This document shows positions 1 through 14,947 of a stretch of DNA of 64,000 nt, piece after piece. Each line of letters starts with the position of its first letter. The first letter of the stretch is position 1. The stretch comes from Guillardia theta CCMP2712 (taxonomy: Eukaryota; Protista; Cryptophyta): positions 296,711-360,710 of the forward strand of contig NW_005434660.1 of assembly GCF_000315625.1 (NCBI RefSeq), given 5' to 3'. Position numbers and translations under genes: made by a program. The notes under the pieces were generated by a model. It saw only the letters and a list, made by a program, of their open reading frames with translations, was not told the origin of the DNA and ran no database searches.

Positions 1-1029
1 AAGCAGGTGAGTCAGGGAGGGGAGAGGGGGGCGATAGAGGTGACAGACGGGGAGCAGGTTGAGAAGGAGCAGCAGAGGAGGGAGAAAGAGCGAGAGGCGA
101 GGTTGGACGCCAGGTGAGAGGAGGGAGGGGCGAGAGAGGGAGGTGTCTGCTGACGGGGCTGGGGCGAGCAGGTCGACGGAGGAGGAGGAGAAGGCACAGA
201 AACTGTCGGATGCGATGGGGAAGGAAGGAAATGAACAAGAGGAGCATGAGGTAAATTCTTCTGCACCATGACTCGCATTGAAGTGCATTAGCATGTCAAG
301 GTGTCAGCCCTGGTGAAAGGCAGCAAGGTGGTTTATTTCACTGTATCTTATCTTACCCTCATCCTTATCGTGACCGTGACTTTGCTCTGCCTTCTCTCAT
401 TCGTTTCCTTCCTGTGCTGCTTGTTCTTCCTTTGAGTCCTTCCCCTCCAGAAGCCTGCAAGCTCTTCATCCCTCGACCCTTCACTAGGGAGTAACAGAGG
501 AACGGAGACTCCCACCAGAGATCTACCAAGGCTCCGAACAGCGTCAGGCGCAGCGCAGAAGAGCCTCCTCGCCAAGCTCTTGCGGGAACAGCGGAAGTTC
601 CTCGAACAGGAAGTGGCGCAGGATCTGTCGTCCGGCCCTCTGTCAAAGTTCAACCAGAAGCTGCGGCAGGAGGATGCGGCAGAGGAGCTGGCGGAGGGGA
701 AAGAGACAGAGGCCGAAAAGGAGGAGATCGCCAAAGGAGGAACACGGCAAGGGGAGCAAGAGGCTCTGACGTTCAAGGGCCTCAAACGCTCTGCTCGATT
801 CCAGCTGGCCCGATCGCTGCAGACACGCCTTAGGAAGGCGATCACACGAGATCTGGAGGAGGAGAACAAGGCTTTGACCCATGGCATCGAGCTGGGAGAG
901 AGGAGGAGAGCGAGGGCGTCGAGCTTGGCGAGCTTCTTCTCCTCTCAGAGCAACAAACTGCTCCAAGGGCTGCAGGACGCCTTCAAGCAGAAGTTTGCGG
1001 GGCCTGAACCTGCTGGACAAGGCGCGTGA
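1..1029 (+). CDS. 3' part of a charged, coiled-coil-like hypothetical protein (5' end outside window)
   Basis: E/K/R-rich ORFs 59-271 and 580-1029 joined by a GT-AG intron at ~251-450; stop at 1029. Confidence 0.55.
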
Positions 1030-1091
1030 ACCGACGTGGTTGACAATGCCTAACTGATGATGCCCATCATCTCCAGGCATTGCCGAGGGTG

Positions 1092-3125
<2,034 letters not shown>

Positions 3126-3380
3126 TCTGGTTATCCCGGCTCACTGAAAAGTTTACTCAACAGGTAACGTGATCAGCTGGGGGGCCCGTGCGCGCGGCGC
3201 CCGAGTCACACTGGCCGAGGTGACTCGTGACCGGTCACGCTCCCAAGGAGACGAATCCCTGCACGAGTATGTCGCCTTTAAAACTACTTTTGTTGGTTTG
3301 TACCACAACATAAGTAAAGATCGCCGTACACCGTCCTTTATATGTAGTAATTTTTTCTCGCAGGCATAAGATTTAAAACG

Positions 3381-5425
3381 ATGTTGATGTACAAGGTTTT
3401 AAATTGGGGCTCGTTACCTTATGTATCGCTGGATGGCAGCAGCAGCGAAGGCTCAGGGGAGAGCAGCGGAGAGAGATCGAAGGTAAGGCAGCAACCCATT
3501 GCCACGCGTGAAAGGCATGTCATGTATGGCAAGGTGAAGTGAAAGTTGCCATGGATCTTAATTAAAAGATCCGTCCCGATGAGCTCCTTTGAGCAGATGC
3601 GCCTGAATGGCACTTATGTGGAAAAGAGGCAGCTAGGACTTTTGTTTTCAATCTCGATGTTCATCTCTGGATCTCACTAGCAGCTGAATGGCAGATGAGC
3701 AACTGAAGCAAAACCAGAAGGAACCCGACAAAAGGCGATGATCCGGCTTCTTATAATATACTGTTTGTTTATGTGGGTGGGATTTTTTGTCGTCCTGTAT
3801 ATGAGGAACGAGCTGGGGTTGCCAACAAAAGGTACCAACGTTGATGACGACCTTCATTGCAGCTGACGTGATATGTGTCCTGCAGGAAATGAAGAAAAGG
3901 AGTCAGGTGAATAAACTTGCTCGAAGATACTTGCGATGTTTTCGGTGCTGAATCGTAGATGGGTAGTCTGCGCAAGGAGTCAGCTCATATGGATATGGAG
4001 GCTTCCTGTCGGGTGCGATTTCTCCGGGTTCTTCGTCGAGCTTCTTGGTTATCTCCCGCTTTTCCGCGGTATCACCTCCTCGTGCAAACCCTCCTCTGAA
4101 TCTTGAACGTTGCTGCAGAGAAAATCGATTTCTTCGCCTTGGACAGCGGCGAATGTCACGAGGACTTCTTGTCGATCTTGTCTGAGAAGGAGTCAACAGC
4201 CATAAAGGTTCGGGGATTTCTCATTCGATGCAGTGCTCTTGACCTGCGCTTGTGAGCAGGAAACTCATCGTAAAATGGATGCCCTCAAAAGTGGGAAACA
4301 GCCAAATGCCAAGACCATTGTTATTGAACATTCAGAACCTTGTGCATGGTCGAAGGTAGAGATGAAAACTTTGATTTTCCCTCGTTCTTCAACACCCTGA
4401 CTGTTCATGTGTTCGTCAGTACTTGCCTCTTCAGAAACCAGACGTCTTCATTGGACGAACCATGACGGAGTCTTGGACGCTTGACCACTCTTGGGTTCGG
4501 TGTGCTCAAAGGGTGGACGAGCTCTGGGTTCCCTCTAAATGGCATGTCGAGGCCTTTAAGAATGCTGGAATCCCCGAGGACAAGCTGATGGCAATGTGAG
4601 AAACTTTCTGAAAGGAAAAGTGCTTGTTGTTGCTGACACTTTCTGGCTGCAAGTCCTGAGGCAGTAGACACTGAATTCTTTGATCCTGCACTCGCTAAGA
4701 AGCAGGAGCGGCATTCCGATGATCTGGTCCTGCTTTCAGTCTTCAAGTGGGAGCATCGCAAGGGATGGGATGTACTGTTGGACGCCTACTGGTCTGCATT
4801 CACCCCGCAAGACAAAGTTGTCTTGAAGATAAGGAGCTACATCCCATCGTGGGAAGGAGGGCTCACCGAGATGCATGCTAGGGTAACCCAGTACGCCAAG
4901 ATGGAGTCGCCGAACCGTGTCAAGTACTGGAGGGAGCACAAGGGCGAGGATACCAGCATCCCTTCTCAGCTCGACGAGCTTGCTAGGATCGAGTTCCTGC
5001 AGGGAGGACCAACGATCCAAGAAGGAGCCTTGTCGAGGGCAGAGATGAGGGACCTGTATGCTTCGAGTGATGTGATGGTGCTCCCGACGAGAGGAGAAGG
5101 CTGGGGCCTTCCGATTGTGGAGGCCATGGCTATGGAGCTCCCGGTCATCGTTACCAACTTTAGCGGGCCCACTGAGTATCTCACGGAGAGTAATTCGTAT
5201 CCTATCGGCTACTCGATGGTAGAGCGACACAGCCACATGTACGCAGAGCCAGACTTTGATCAACTTGTATCAACGCTACGACATGTATTTGCGAATGCTA
5301 AGGACAGGGCGGCGAAGGGCAAGCGAGCAAGACAAGACATGGTCAAGCGATTCTCTCCCAGTGTTGTAGTCGATCAGATGATTGATCGCGCTAATTTCTT
5401 ACTGAGTAATAAAACCCGAATTTGA
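3381..5425 (+). CDS. Glycosyltransferase family 4 (GT-B fold), multi-exon
   Basis: HSEPCAW, GRTMTE, VDELWVPS, PEAVDTEFFDP, FKWEHRKGWDVLL, GEGWGLPIVEAMAMELPVI (EX7E motif); stop at 5425; start uncertain. Confidence 0.85.
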
Positions 5426-5475
5426 ACAAGCGACAACATGGCGATCTCTTTGGAGCTGGCCGTACTGTTGCTGGT

Positions 5476-6716
5476 TCAATGGTACATGTTGAACAGCAAG
5501 ATGCCAACTGCAGCTCCGATGCTTGTGTTGATCGCGTTCACCGCCTGTACAATATGTTAGAACAGTGAACCATGGATGTTCTTCATGACCTCATTTGTGA
5601 GCCATTTGTATTTATCCTGCACCGTGGCTCCGATCACCGATTCACATGTCGTCGCCACAAACGCTGCGATCATGACAACGGGGATCTCGGAGGCGAGCAT
5701 CACGTTCGTCATGACAGCCCAGACTGCAATCACAAGGCTCCCAACAACTCCTGTGCTCTAGTCACTCCCCATGACGATCCCAAGGGAGAACGACAAGGTT
5801 CCAACCTGCGAGGGTGCCCTCTACACTCACGGCTCCTTCCGTCCCTGCAGGGACCTGCGGAGATTTTCATCCTCCTCGATCATGCGGAAGATTCAGACTC
5901 ACGGGCTTCATGGAGGTGATGAGGAAGGTTTTCTTGCCATAGGCCTTCCCGAGCTCAGAGGCGAAGGTGTCGGAGAGCTTGGTAGCTAGAGAGGCAACGA
6001 ACCCGATCTAGGAGAAAGATCAGCCACATGGCAGCGTCTCCCTAGCACTCAAACCCTGAAGAGACCAGTGTCCTGAAGCGAGTACGTTGCCATCATCGCA
6101 CAGAAAGCAGCAGTGGCCGCTGATCCCCAGACGTTCTCAGGGCCTCGCGCTCCCCCGCGGCTCTCTGTCACAGCGATCAAACGAGGGAACGCGCTGCTCT
6201 ACCATCACCAGCGATACCCTTCTTCTCTTTCTCAGCCATCTTGACCTTTGTCACCAGCGACCCTGCGATTAGGTACACCACACAGGTGGACCAGCCGGCA
6301 AACCCCAAGGACCCCCACAGGATCACGCCCAACAACCAGGCACTGAGGAGTCCCGAGGAGGTCAGGAACGACCTGTACTTGCCCGTGGCCAGCAAGAGCA
6401 GGGCAAGCACAGAGTTAAGTACAAGGGAATACTGCAGATCCGTGTAGAGGAGAATCCCCGTCCCCTCCCAGCCCAGCACCTCCCCTGCGCGTAGACTTGT
6501 AATAGATCGATGCCTGAGTGGATGCCTGCTCAGGGAAGGAGTGAAGCGAGAACAGAGGGGCGATGTCGAAGGAGGATGAGCAAGACGGGAAGGTGATGCT
6601 GCAGAAAGGCTGGAAAAGCTCCTGCAGCCTGATATCGTCCCGCCATATGGAGACGAGAACGCGAGCATTGCGCCCTTGACCAGCATTACCGACGGGAAAA
6701 AGAATAATATTCCCAT
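5476..6716 (-). CDS. DUF92/TMEM19 membrane protein, VTE6 (phytyl-phosphate kinase)-like, probably plastid-targeted
   Basis: LTSSGLLSAWLLGVILWGSLG, GSLVTKVKMAEKEKKGIA, RGPENVWGS, C-terminal AVNAINTSIGA; hydrophobic N-terminus, ..MLAF, then an S/R/P-rich transit-like stretch. Confidence 0.85.
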
Positions 6717-7426
6717 GTGTGACTGAAAGTTACCGGCCCGGCCGCGCCCGGCCGGCAGCTTGGACTGAGCCTGTCCGGGCCGCCGGAACCGCACTCCGTG
6801 GCACCGGAAGTTTCCGGTCCTCCGACAGACAAAACGGGCTCCGTAAAACCGGTAGATACAGATCACGATGCCGCTGACCTTTTTACTACCTTGCCGCAGA
6901 GTCTGGTGCGTTTACTGCATGTCAGAATATCTAAGACTGGTTTAACGTTTGAACTAAAACTTGTTTTAAGTCACCAAACCGTCAAACCGTGCAACCGTGA
7001 CTTTGTGCTCACCCCAAAAGAATAGGAACTTAGGGGGTGGGGTAGGGGCTCGTGGGGACAAGAATTTCCAATCGTTGTGTTATGAGGTATGAAAAGTCAC
7101 CCACCCCAGGGTTTGGCCCTACAGTTTTACCGGGATTTGAGCATGCAATCAAAATACCTCATGTCTCACACTTTTATAGCAAAGAGACTATGATAAGGAT
7201 GTAAAGCGCTCTGGACCCCTCAGGAACATAAGAGTCTAATAACCCCTAGCCCTGTTTTGACCGGAACAGTTTACAAATGTGTTTTAACAATCCACACCTT
7301 TGCAACTGCTCTGCAAGCTCCTCCGACGTTTTCCCAATCGGCTGCTCGTCCTTCATCGCGCCCCCATCCTTCAGCGTTTGTTTGTGTTGCCCCGCCCTGG
7401 TCTATCACCTGCATCAGCCAATCACC

Positions 7427-7864
7427 ATGAGCTCTCTCCGACAACTCCTTTCTGCCGCTACTTATCAGCTCGACGCGCAGCCTCTTCGAGTCAAAGTTTG
7501 CCCCCGACCCCGCGGAAAGCCTTCGACCTACTCGCCAGTGGACCCCATCAATCTCGACTTGTCTTCAGTTAGGTCTCTCTTTCACCTCACCCAAACCGAA
7601 GCTGCTGAAACTCTCGGGATCTCTCTTTCCTCCCTAAAATCCGCTTGCCGTCGTATGGGTATCAGAAAATGGCCGTACAACCGAAGAAGTCAGTGCACAG
7701 CAAGAAGGAACAAGGGAGAATCCAATGGCTCGCCGATGCCCGAACGAGAACCCACGGATGATGATAGCCTTTCCTCGTACAGAAAACCTTACTGGACAGA
7801 GACTAGTATCGAAGAGTTGCTAGAAGAGTCTTTAATGCACGTCATGGGACATCTTTCACGATAA
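7427..7864 (+). CDS. RWP-RK domain transcription factor, intronless
   Basis: LSSVRSLFHLTQTEAAETLGISLSSLKSACRRMGIRKWPYNR matches the RWP-RK domain pattern. Confidence 0.9.
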   Translation: MSSLRQLLSAATYQLDAQPLRVKVCPRPRGKPSTYSPVDPINLDLSSVRSLFHLTQTEAAETLGISLSSLKSACRRMGIRKWPYNRRSQCTARRNKGESNGSPMPEREPTDDDSLSSYRKPYWTETSIEELLEESLMHVMGHLSR

Positions 7865-8049
7865 GGAGACTCTCCTCTATACCCCTCCGAGCGATTTGAC
7901 TTGAAAGCAACGCAAATGATGGTAATATCGACATTCGAAAAACTTAATCTGTGATACATGTTTTACATTTGAATAAACAACAACAAATGCCATGGTACTG
8001 GTTTGATAGTAGTTTGTCACTTGTCATCAAATTTGACGCCCTGTCACAT

Positions 8050-10125
8050 TGAAAAGGCCAAGAAGCCTGAGCAGAGGCACAGAGACAAGGGCGCAAACGC
8101 TAGTTAACATTAGAGACAATGTCTCAAAGTTTCACACTGAAATGACGGGGAAGCCTCAAACGAAGCCGACGGCAAGAGTAAATGAGCGGTATTCGTAAAT
8201 ACTGACCTTGATGGGTTTTCAGACAATTCTGGCCAAGCAGGAACATCTCTACATTGCTTGACACTGAATAAAAGGTAGATGAATGGAAAGAGCGTGCAAG
8301 AAGCAGCGGAAAGTTGAAGCACGAAAGGTGCGAACATGTAAGTTACATTCATTCAAAGAAGGAGAATAATGGAACATTTGAGTCCTGCGCACGTACTTTG
8401 CGGTCATGGAACCCAATATCAGTCTGCAGGCACAAGAAACCAGATTCAGCGGAACGGAAAAGAAGAGGTTTTATGCCCTCACATCCAAAGAGCGGAGGGC
8501 GCTCTCTCCTCTGCTCGGCTTGCCTGCATGCTCAAGGCTGGCATGCTTCTCGCTCAACCTCCGTGCTGCTGCCAGCTTGACCGCATGACTGTCAGCAATG
8601 AGAGGAGCCTTCATGCCAACGAATCTGTCAAAGAGTGGCTGCTCAGACTGGACTGATCCCTTCTTGAAGGTCTTGTCCGCGAAGCCCGACTACACAACCC
8701 TCAGCTGTCTACCATTGAGTGATAAGTTTGAATAATCTCACGTCGATGATCGAGCCAAGATTTTCATGCGCCGGTCGAGAAACCTTTTGGGCGAGCTGAG
8801 GTTGCGCAAGCTTGGTGACCTAAACATCGTGAGGAGTGGGATCAGAGTCGGTGAGAATAGAGTGACGATACCTTCTTGCTGCCGGAGTCAGAAAACTCTT
8901 GCTCAAAGAATGGCCTGCCATGAAGGCGTAAGCAGCATTCGGAACGAAAGTCGCAAGTTACATCTGGCCCTCCGATTTCTTGGCTGACAGCCTGTCATCT
9001 GAGAAGAGACCAAACGACTTCAGAGTCCCTTGAGAGTTCAGAGCCTGTAGGCCCTGTAAGTCATCGAAATATGCCAGCGAGAAATCAAGTACCTTGCGGA
9101 TCAATGCTCGCTTCGACTTGGCCTTCTTCTCTTGCTCAGCTTCATTCACAACATGCATCGATTCTGCTCCTGCACTGGCTTGTGGCCTAAGAATCTTCTT
9201 CACAGCTGGTTGAGGAGGCAGCTCCTTGACCTGCAATGCATCAGAACTCAGCAAGCAGGGCTTAAATTCCGTCACTTCAGCGACAGCAGGATGGACGACG
9301 CGTGCCTGTGCGACGATCAGTCGCTGGTGTCAACAGACTTGATCTTGTTTACCAGGAGCGGATGCTGGGGAGCCTCAGTTACAGTGCTCTTTGGAGGTTG
9401 AGTTCCGTCAAGAGCCTTCTTAACTTGAGATGCTGTGCGGGGGCTCATGTGGGACAGCGCTGACTTGGACTGGATGCCGGCCACAGCACTTGCAGCATGC
9501 GGAGCTGCTGAAGTCTTCGACAAAGATTCTTTCACAAGATGACTGGCTGAGACTCCATGGGGGCTACTCGCCTCCATCTGATGTTGTGCAATTTCAACTG
9601 GTGGGTGCACACTGTGCGGTTGGACCGGTGCCGGGTGGTCGACGGACCTCACAAAGGACTTTGGAGGAGACGCGTCGGCGTGCTTGATCTCTGGTGTGTG
9701 TTGCTGATGCTGCACTTGAGACTTCACGGAAGGCTCCTTCATCGCCATCTGCTCAAGATGGGCTGACGTTTGGGAGTTCTGATGGGCTCTGTTGATCATC
9801 ATGGCATAAGCCTCCTTCCTCGCTCGCAGCCTCTCCTCGTGCTCGGCTCTGAGAGCTTGCTGCTGCAAGCAAAGTTGTCAGGAGACACAATGGAGCAATT
9901 GAAAGAACTTTGCAGGCAACTGACCTGCTGGCTGGATACCAGGACGGTATGGCAACCGTAGAGGTCGCACACATTCACCAGCTTCTGGTTGCGTGAAGGA
10001 ATGGTCATCAAGACCGACTTGTGCTGATGATTCCTACTGGCCCATCCCGAAATCAGCACTATGCCGAGTGCCAAGCAAGACAGGGCTGCGAGAGTGGCAG
10101 AAAGCATTTTCTTCTTTTGTGCCAT
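8050..10125 (-). CDS. Hypothetical protein with N-terminal signal anchor, multi-exon
   Basis: MAQKKKMLSATLAALSCLALGIVLISGW start; consecutive minus-strand ORFs 9317-9868 and 8958-9275 linked by short introns; 3' end approximate. Confidence 0.55.
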
Positions 10126-10457
10126 TCCTTTGACCTGAAAACCGATCGCGTGTTACACCCGACAGAACAACCCGTCACACGAGAAACATTTCCTAAGTCC
10201 TACACGAGAATTTGCAAGAGATAGTTCAATCAACAATATTCATATCATCAACAATCATCCGATCATCCAACTTATTGCTTCCCTGACGCCCCACAAAGAA
10301 GCAACATAGCACAGGTCTGGAGCGCCAAGGTTTGCTTTCCCCTTACCTTATCATCGGTAAAACACACCATCACATTCCTGATCTCTCTCTACTTCATTGT
10401 TTCAACATAATCAAGAATTTTCTCCCTCTTCTCCTTGCACCTCCTCCATCACCTTCT

Positions 10458-10975
10458 TCATCGAACCATATCCCCCGATCTCAGGCGCAGCCATTGCTCC
10501 CCCGAAATAGCCGAATGAAACTGAAGCGTAACGGACAGCCCCATGATCACCCGGGCCGACCCGGCCCTCACGGCCTGCCGGGTTCACTGAAAACCTCGAG
10601 GCCTCTGGAACTCCAGTAGGCTTGTTTGTCGTAATGCACGCGACCCTGCCGATAACCCTGGCAGTCCTGATGCCTTTGCGATGTACAGGCTTCATGAGGT
10701 AAGACGATGGGGAGAATCTTTCACCTGTCTTCGTGCTGCCCGCATGTTAGTTCGCCCGACCTTGTCTTGCTCTCCCTCTGCTCCAAACACCACACGCCCC
10801 GACCTGGTTTGCGGTTCGAGTCTTTCGAGTAGTGGTGGGTAGTGAGGCCAGGTCCAGCGTTTGCATAATGTGGATGGTTTCCCGTGCTTGGATCGAATGC
10901 AAACATGTCAAATGGAGCGTTTGGGCCTCCCAACTCGCTGAGAAACCAAAGAGGTTGAATGTACATTCTTGACAT
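10458..10975 (-). CDS. Small multi-exon hypothetical protein
   Basis: MSRMYIQPLWFLSELGGPNAPFDMF...; exons spliced by eye to ...QAYWSSRGLE|FHSAISGEQWLRLRSGDMVR*. Confidence 0.45.
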
Positions 10976-11118
10976 GCAGCGAGAGAGAGAGAGAGAGGAG
11001 GGAATGTTTCAATCTCAAAGACATCATCTCGAGATGGCACTCTGTGCACTGATGATCTACTACTTGACATCTCATCTTCCATCTCCATGTATGCTCGCTC
11101 ACATCAAACTCCAGCACC

Positions 11119-12560
11119 ATGGTCACCAGGCGAATTGATGGGAGGTTCGCCAAGTCCCTCCTAGCAAGGAGTGCGTCCAGCAGCTCCATGTTCAACCCAA
11201 GGATGTCAGTACCCCAGCATGCGTCTCTCTTCTATCCTTACATACTGATTTCCTCATGCTCCTGGTGCGGCTCTCATACACCCCTGTCATGTGCAGCGCA
11301 AGAAATTCACACTTCCAGGTTGCATCGAAAGGGAGGCCGTGAGATGGAATGACGGTGTTGAAATCAGCCCCGGTCCTCCTTCCCATCCACCAGCAGATTC
11401 ATGAGCGACCAGGCCAGTGCAAGTGCACCTGCAGAACCCATGGTGACGGTACGATGTTGAGGCCATGCGAAACTGAAGTGTGCGGTTGCAGGAGGAAGAG
11501 GTCGATCCCGGGGAGATCGAGGGGACAGACCTGAGGGTCCTCAAGTATCCTCATCCTAAGGTGCTGCTCGCCTCTGTCGACCCTCCTCTGACCTGCATCA
11601 GCTGAGGGCACCAGACGAGGAGGTGACAGAGTTCGATGATAACCTTCGCAAGGTTATGTGACTATGGCCAAGTTGGCCTGTCGTGATCTCAATTGCAGAC
11701 CATCAAAGAAATGTTTCTTGTCATGTATGCCTCACGTGGAGTTGGACTTGCAGCCCCTCAGGCAAGTTTGTAGAGTTGATGGAGATGAGATCTACTCACT
11801 AAGAGAGCAGGTCGGTATCAACAAGCGCATCATGGTTTTCAACCCTGAAGGGGACAAAAAGAAGTGGCTTCAGGTTTTGATTTGTCATCAATTCATGATG
11901 CAAGTGACTGTCTGTGGTAGGAAATAGCTCTGATCAATCCAAAGATTGTCGAGATGTCAGAGGGGACAGACGTTGAGGTTTTTTCATCCAACCATCCTTG
12001 TTTTTACATGACGTTGTGTTTGGAATAGACCGAAGCTTGTCTTTCATTTCCTGGAATGCAAGGAAAGGTGATGAGGATTTGATTCAATGTTGCTTGTATT
12101 CTAACATGCAGAAAGGTTCGGAGACACAAGTGGATCAAAATAGAGGCCCAGGATCTGAAAGGGAAAACGATCAAGAAGAAGGCAAGAAATTTGTATCTTA
12201 GTGAAATGTCGTTGGTTTGACCAGCCTTCAGTTTACTGGGTGGACTGCCCGCGTCTTCCAGCACGAGTACGATCATCTCGAAGGTGTGTTTTCTTTTTCA
12301 GTAAGAGAAACCTCTAACACCGTGTAGGAGTTGTTTACATCGACAGGCTCGAAGACGAGGAAGACAGGGTTAGTTGTATGCATTTCTAGTCCAACAGTTC
12401 ATGATCACAACAACTTGCAGCAAACTGTTAAGCCAAAGCTTGACGAGCTGAAAAAGATCTACAAGGTCTACTCTTCTAATATGTACTTACGAGAGAATGT
12501 GACACTTCCCAGGAACAAAATGGTGATGAAGGAGCTCCACAGCTCAAGTGGAGCGAATGA
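11119..12560 (+). CDS. def: Peptide deformylase (organellar), many short exons
   Basis: All three PDF motifs after splicing: GVGLAAPQ, EACLS, QHEYDHLEG; also LRVLKYPHPK and LINPKIV; start uncertain. Confidence 0.92.
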
Positions 12561-12699
12561 AGACTAGAGGGAACAGACACAGAGCTATTGCAAGACTCGT
12601 TTGTTTAGAGTTTAAAGTTACATCAAAAGCCATTTTGCAACCAGTTCTCAATACAAGCTGAATGCAGGCACGCACACAAGGATTTCACGAATTATGAAT

Positions 12700-13647
12700 T
12701 TATCGGCCCATTGGATGGCCAAGAGCGTTGATGGACATGATCCCTCTCGAGTGATGTCCCACCTTCTGGCGCTTCTTCGCTGGCATAGATGTGGAGATCT
12801 GGAACTGAAGCTCATGCAACCTGTTCATGATGACACGAAGTCTGCGCTCATACATCATGAGCTCCATTGGCTGCTTGCCCTCAATCAGACGGACAAGCAC
12901 GTCCAAGTTGTCCAGGCCATTCTCAGAGCAGACAGCCTGCACTGCAGGAGGGAGGGGCTGAATAGGAGCAGAGTTGCCACCCATCGATCCCTTGAGCTTG
13001 CTTCTCTTGCGTCCAGGGATTCCCATGGTAGCACCGCTGGCCTTCAGTTGCTCTGCTTTCTCGGTCCAAGGCTTTCTTTCCTCCTCACTGAGCGCTTTCC
13101 ACATAGCTCCAAGATCCTTGACGTCAAGAGGGGTAGTGTGGCCTGCTTCCTTGTGCTCCTGCCTCTTGTCTTGGCAGAAGAGAAGGTATGACGATGGAGA
13201 GGGGGCGCTGGTTGCTTTGGGCTCAAGCTCGTTAAGAACGGTCTCAAGGCAACGACAGAAGTCACTCTTGTCTCCCCAGTACCGACGCTCCTCCTTGGGG
13301 ATCTTGGCTTGGCGCTCGGTAGCAGCAGCCTCAACAATGGCGCGAGGAACATTGAAGGTGGCGAAGTCAGGACCACTTGCAACAAGCTGCCAGCCATTCA
13401 AACGCTGGAGCACAACTTCGCGGTGATGAGTCCAGGCCTTGTAACGCATGCCTCCGTTCATCTCAGGATCCACGATCTTACAAGTCAATTGGATCACGTC
13501 TCCACCTCCCTGAAGGCCGGCAAGAGTATGGACATCAACAGGGCCATGATGTCCAACATTGTCGCCAGAATCCATGGCGAATGGGAAGCGAAACTGGTTC
13601 TCGGAGGAACTGCGTCGCTGGGAGAGCATAGCTTGAATCTCCTGCAT
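12700..13647 (-). CDS. HMG-box DNA-binding protein, intronless, 315 aa
   Basis: APSPSSYLLFCQDKRQEHK...VKDLGAMWKALSEEERKPWTEKAEQLK is an HMG box; C-terminal PAKKRQK is NLS-like. Confidence 0.88.
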   Translation of the reverse strand: MQEIQAMLSQRRSSSENQFRFPFAMDSGDNVGHHGPVDVHTLAGLQGGGDVIQLTCKIVDPEMNGGMRYKAWTHHREVVLQRLNGWQLVASGPDFATFNVPRAIVEAAATERQAKIPKEERRYWGDKSDFCRCLETVLNELEPKATSAPSPSSYLLFCQDKRQEHKEAGHTTPLDVKDLGAMWKALSEEERKPWTEKAEQLKASGATMGIPGRKRSKLKGSMGGNSAPIQPLPPAVQAVCSENGLDNLDVLVRLIEGKQPMELMMYERRLRVIMNRLHELQFQISTSMPAKKRQKVGHHSRGIMSINALGHPMGR

Positions 13648-14947
13648 TGTAGAAATGTACTGCTCAGAAACAAAGTTGATGTCCTACCCGAAACAGAGTC
13701 GCGCAGGGAGCAACAAAACGAAGGAACGCACAAACGAACCCGCTGCTGCTAACAGGAGGAGGCAGAGAGTGCGGGAAAGGAGCACAGAGGGGTGCGGAGG
13801 AGGATGAGGTAGGGGTAGCGTCCAGGAAAGTGTAGAGACGCTTTGTGGGGTGGAGGAACGATGAGGGGGTGGGCGCCAAGAGGAGGATGGATCAGCGGGG
13901 TGGGTCCCACTCGCCGCGGAAGAAGAGGAGGTAGAGGTAGGGGCCAAGGGAGGCAGGAGGGGTGTAACTGCCAATAAATTAAAAAAAACAAATTCAAACA
14001 TGCAGGTACTGATAGACAACATATTGGATCCTGAAATTCTACTGGAATACCAACTAATCTTTGAATTATTTTTTCTCAAGTTAACCAAAGATACTGACCG
14101 TCTGTTAGTTTTTTTCAGGGTGGGTGGCGGCCAAAAAGGGGTACCACAAGAAGGGGTGGGGGTGGCCTTCCAAAAGAAGGGGTAGTGAAGTTGACCGGTA
14201 GTCACATTCATGTACCCACCCATGGGAAATTTTCTAACATGGAGCACGTACAAAAGTGCCCTTGATCACCCCTACCTAAATTCAAATTTTCGATTAGAGG
14301 GGGTGGGGGTGGATCATGCCAGCTTGAGTGGGGTTCGGGGGTAGGGGGTCATGTGATTGTTTGAATACATAAAAAAACCAATGCTCATCACTCGTACAAC
14401 ATGTTTGAAATGCGCTAGGAAACGAGCACAGAATGCTTCTTATTCTTTGTTTCTAGCCCGATTTATCCAAAACTAACTCGCTATGAATCCGCAGTTAAAA
14501 AAAATCAGAATGATCCGCCTCTGCAGGCAAAACACACCTATTTTGCAAGTGTACATATTGCATTCTAGGTTTTTTTTCAAGACCCACCCGAATCCAATAA
14601 CTCGAAATAGATCCAAGTACCGTGCAGTTCAAGATCAAAATCACCCGTACAGCCATAACCCCTACCCTCTGATAAAGCCCAAAAAAAAATAGTGGACAGG
14701 TTGGCCTTCTTCAGGTGAGTGGCCGGCGGCCCGGCCCACCGTGTTTGCCCGAGTCAACGCCACTGGCTGGGGCCGCCCGGCTGCAGTGACTGCGGCACTG
14801 TCAAGCCTGAGCCTTGCCGCGCGACGCTGACGGTCGCCGTGAGGACCGTACTGGCTCACTGATCGGACTGAGTCACGCCGGACTCCCGGAGCCTGGGCCG
14901 GGCTCCGAGTCAGTGAGTCGCGGCGTCCGGCGACTCAAAATCATTCC

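Noticed and set aside
14680-14694. CACTA terminus (TAGTG) at an island border
   Set aside because: No matching partner end or TSD found in the window.
14860-14880. AP-1/GCN4-type TGAGTCA sites as the explanation for the islands
   Set aside because: TGA-S-TCA is only one of many C/G-centred palindromes present; a single factor would not explain the whole set.
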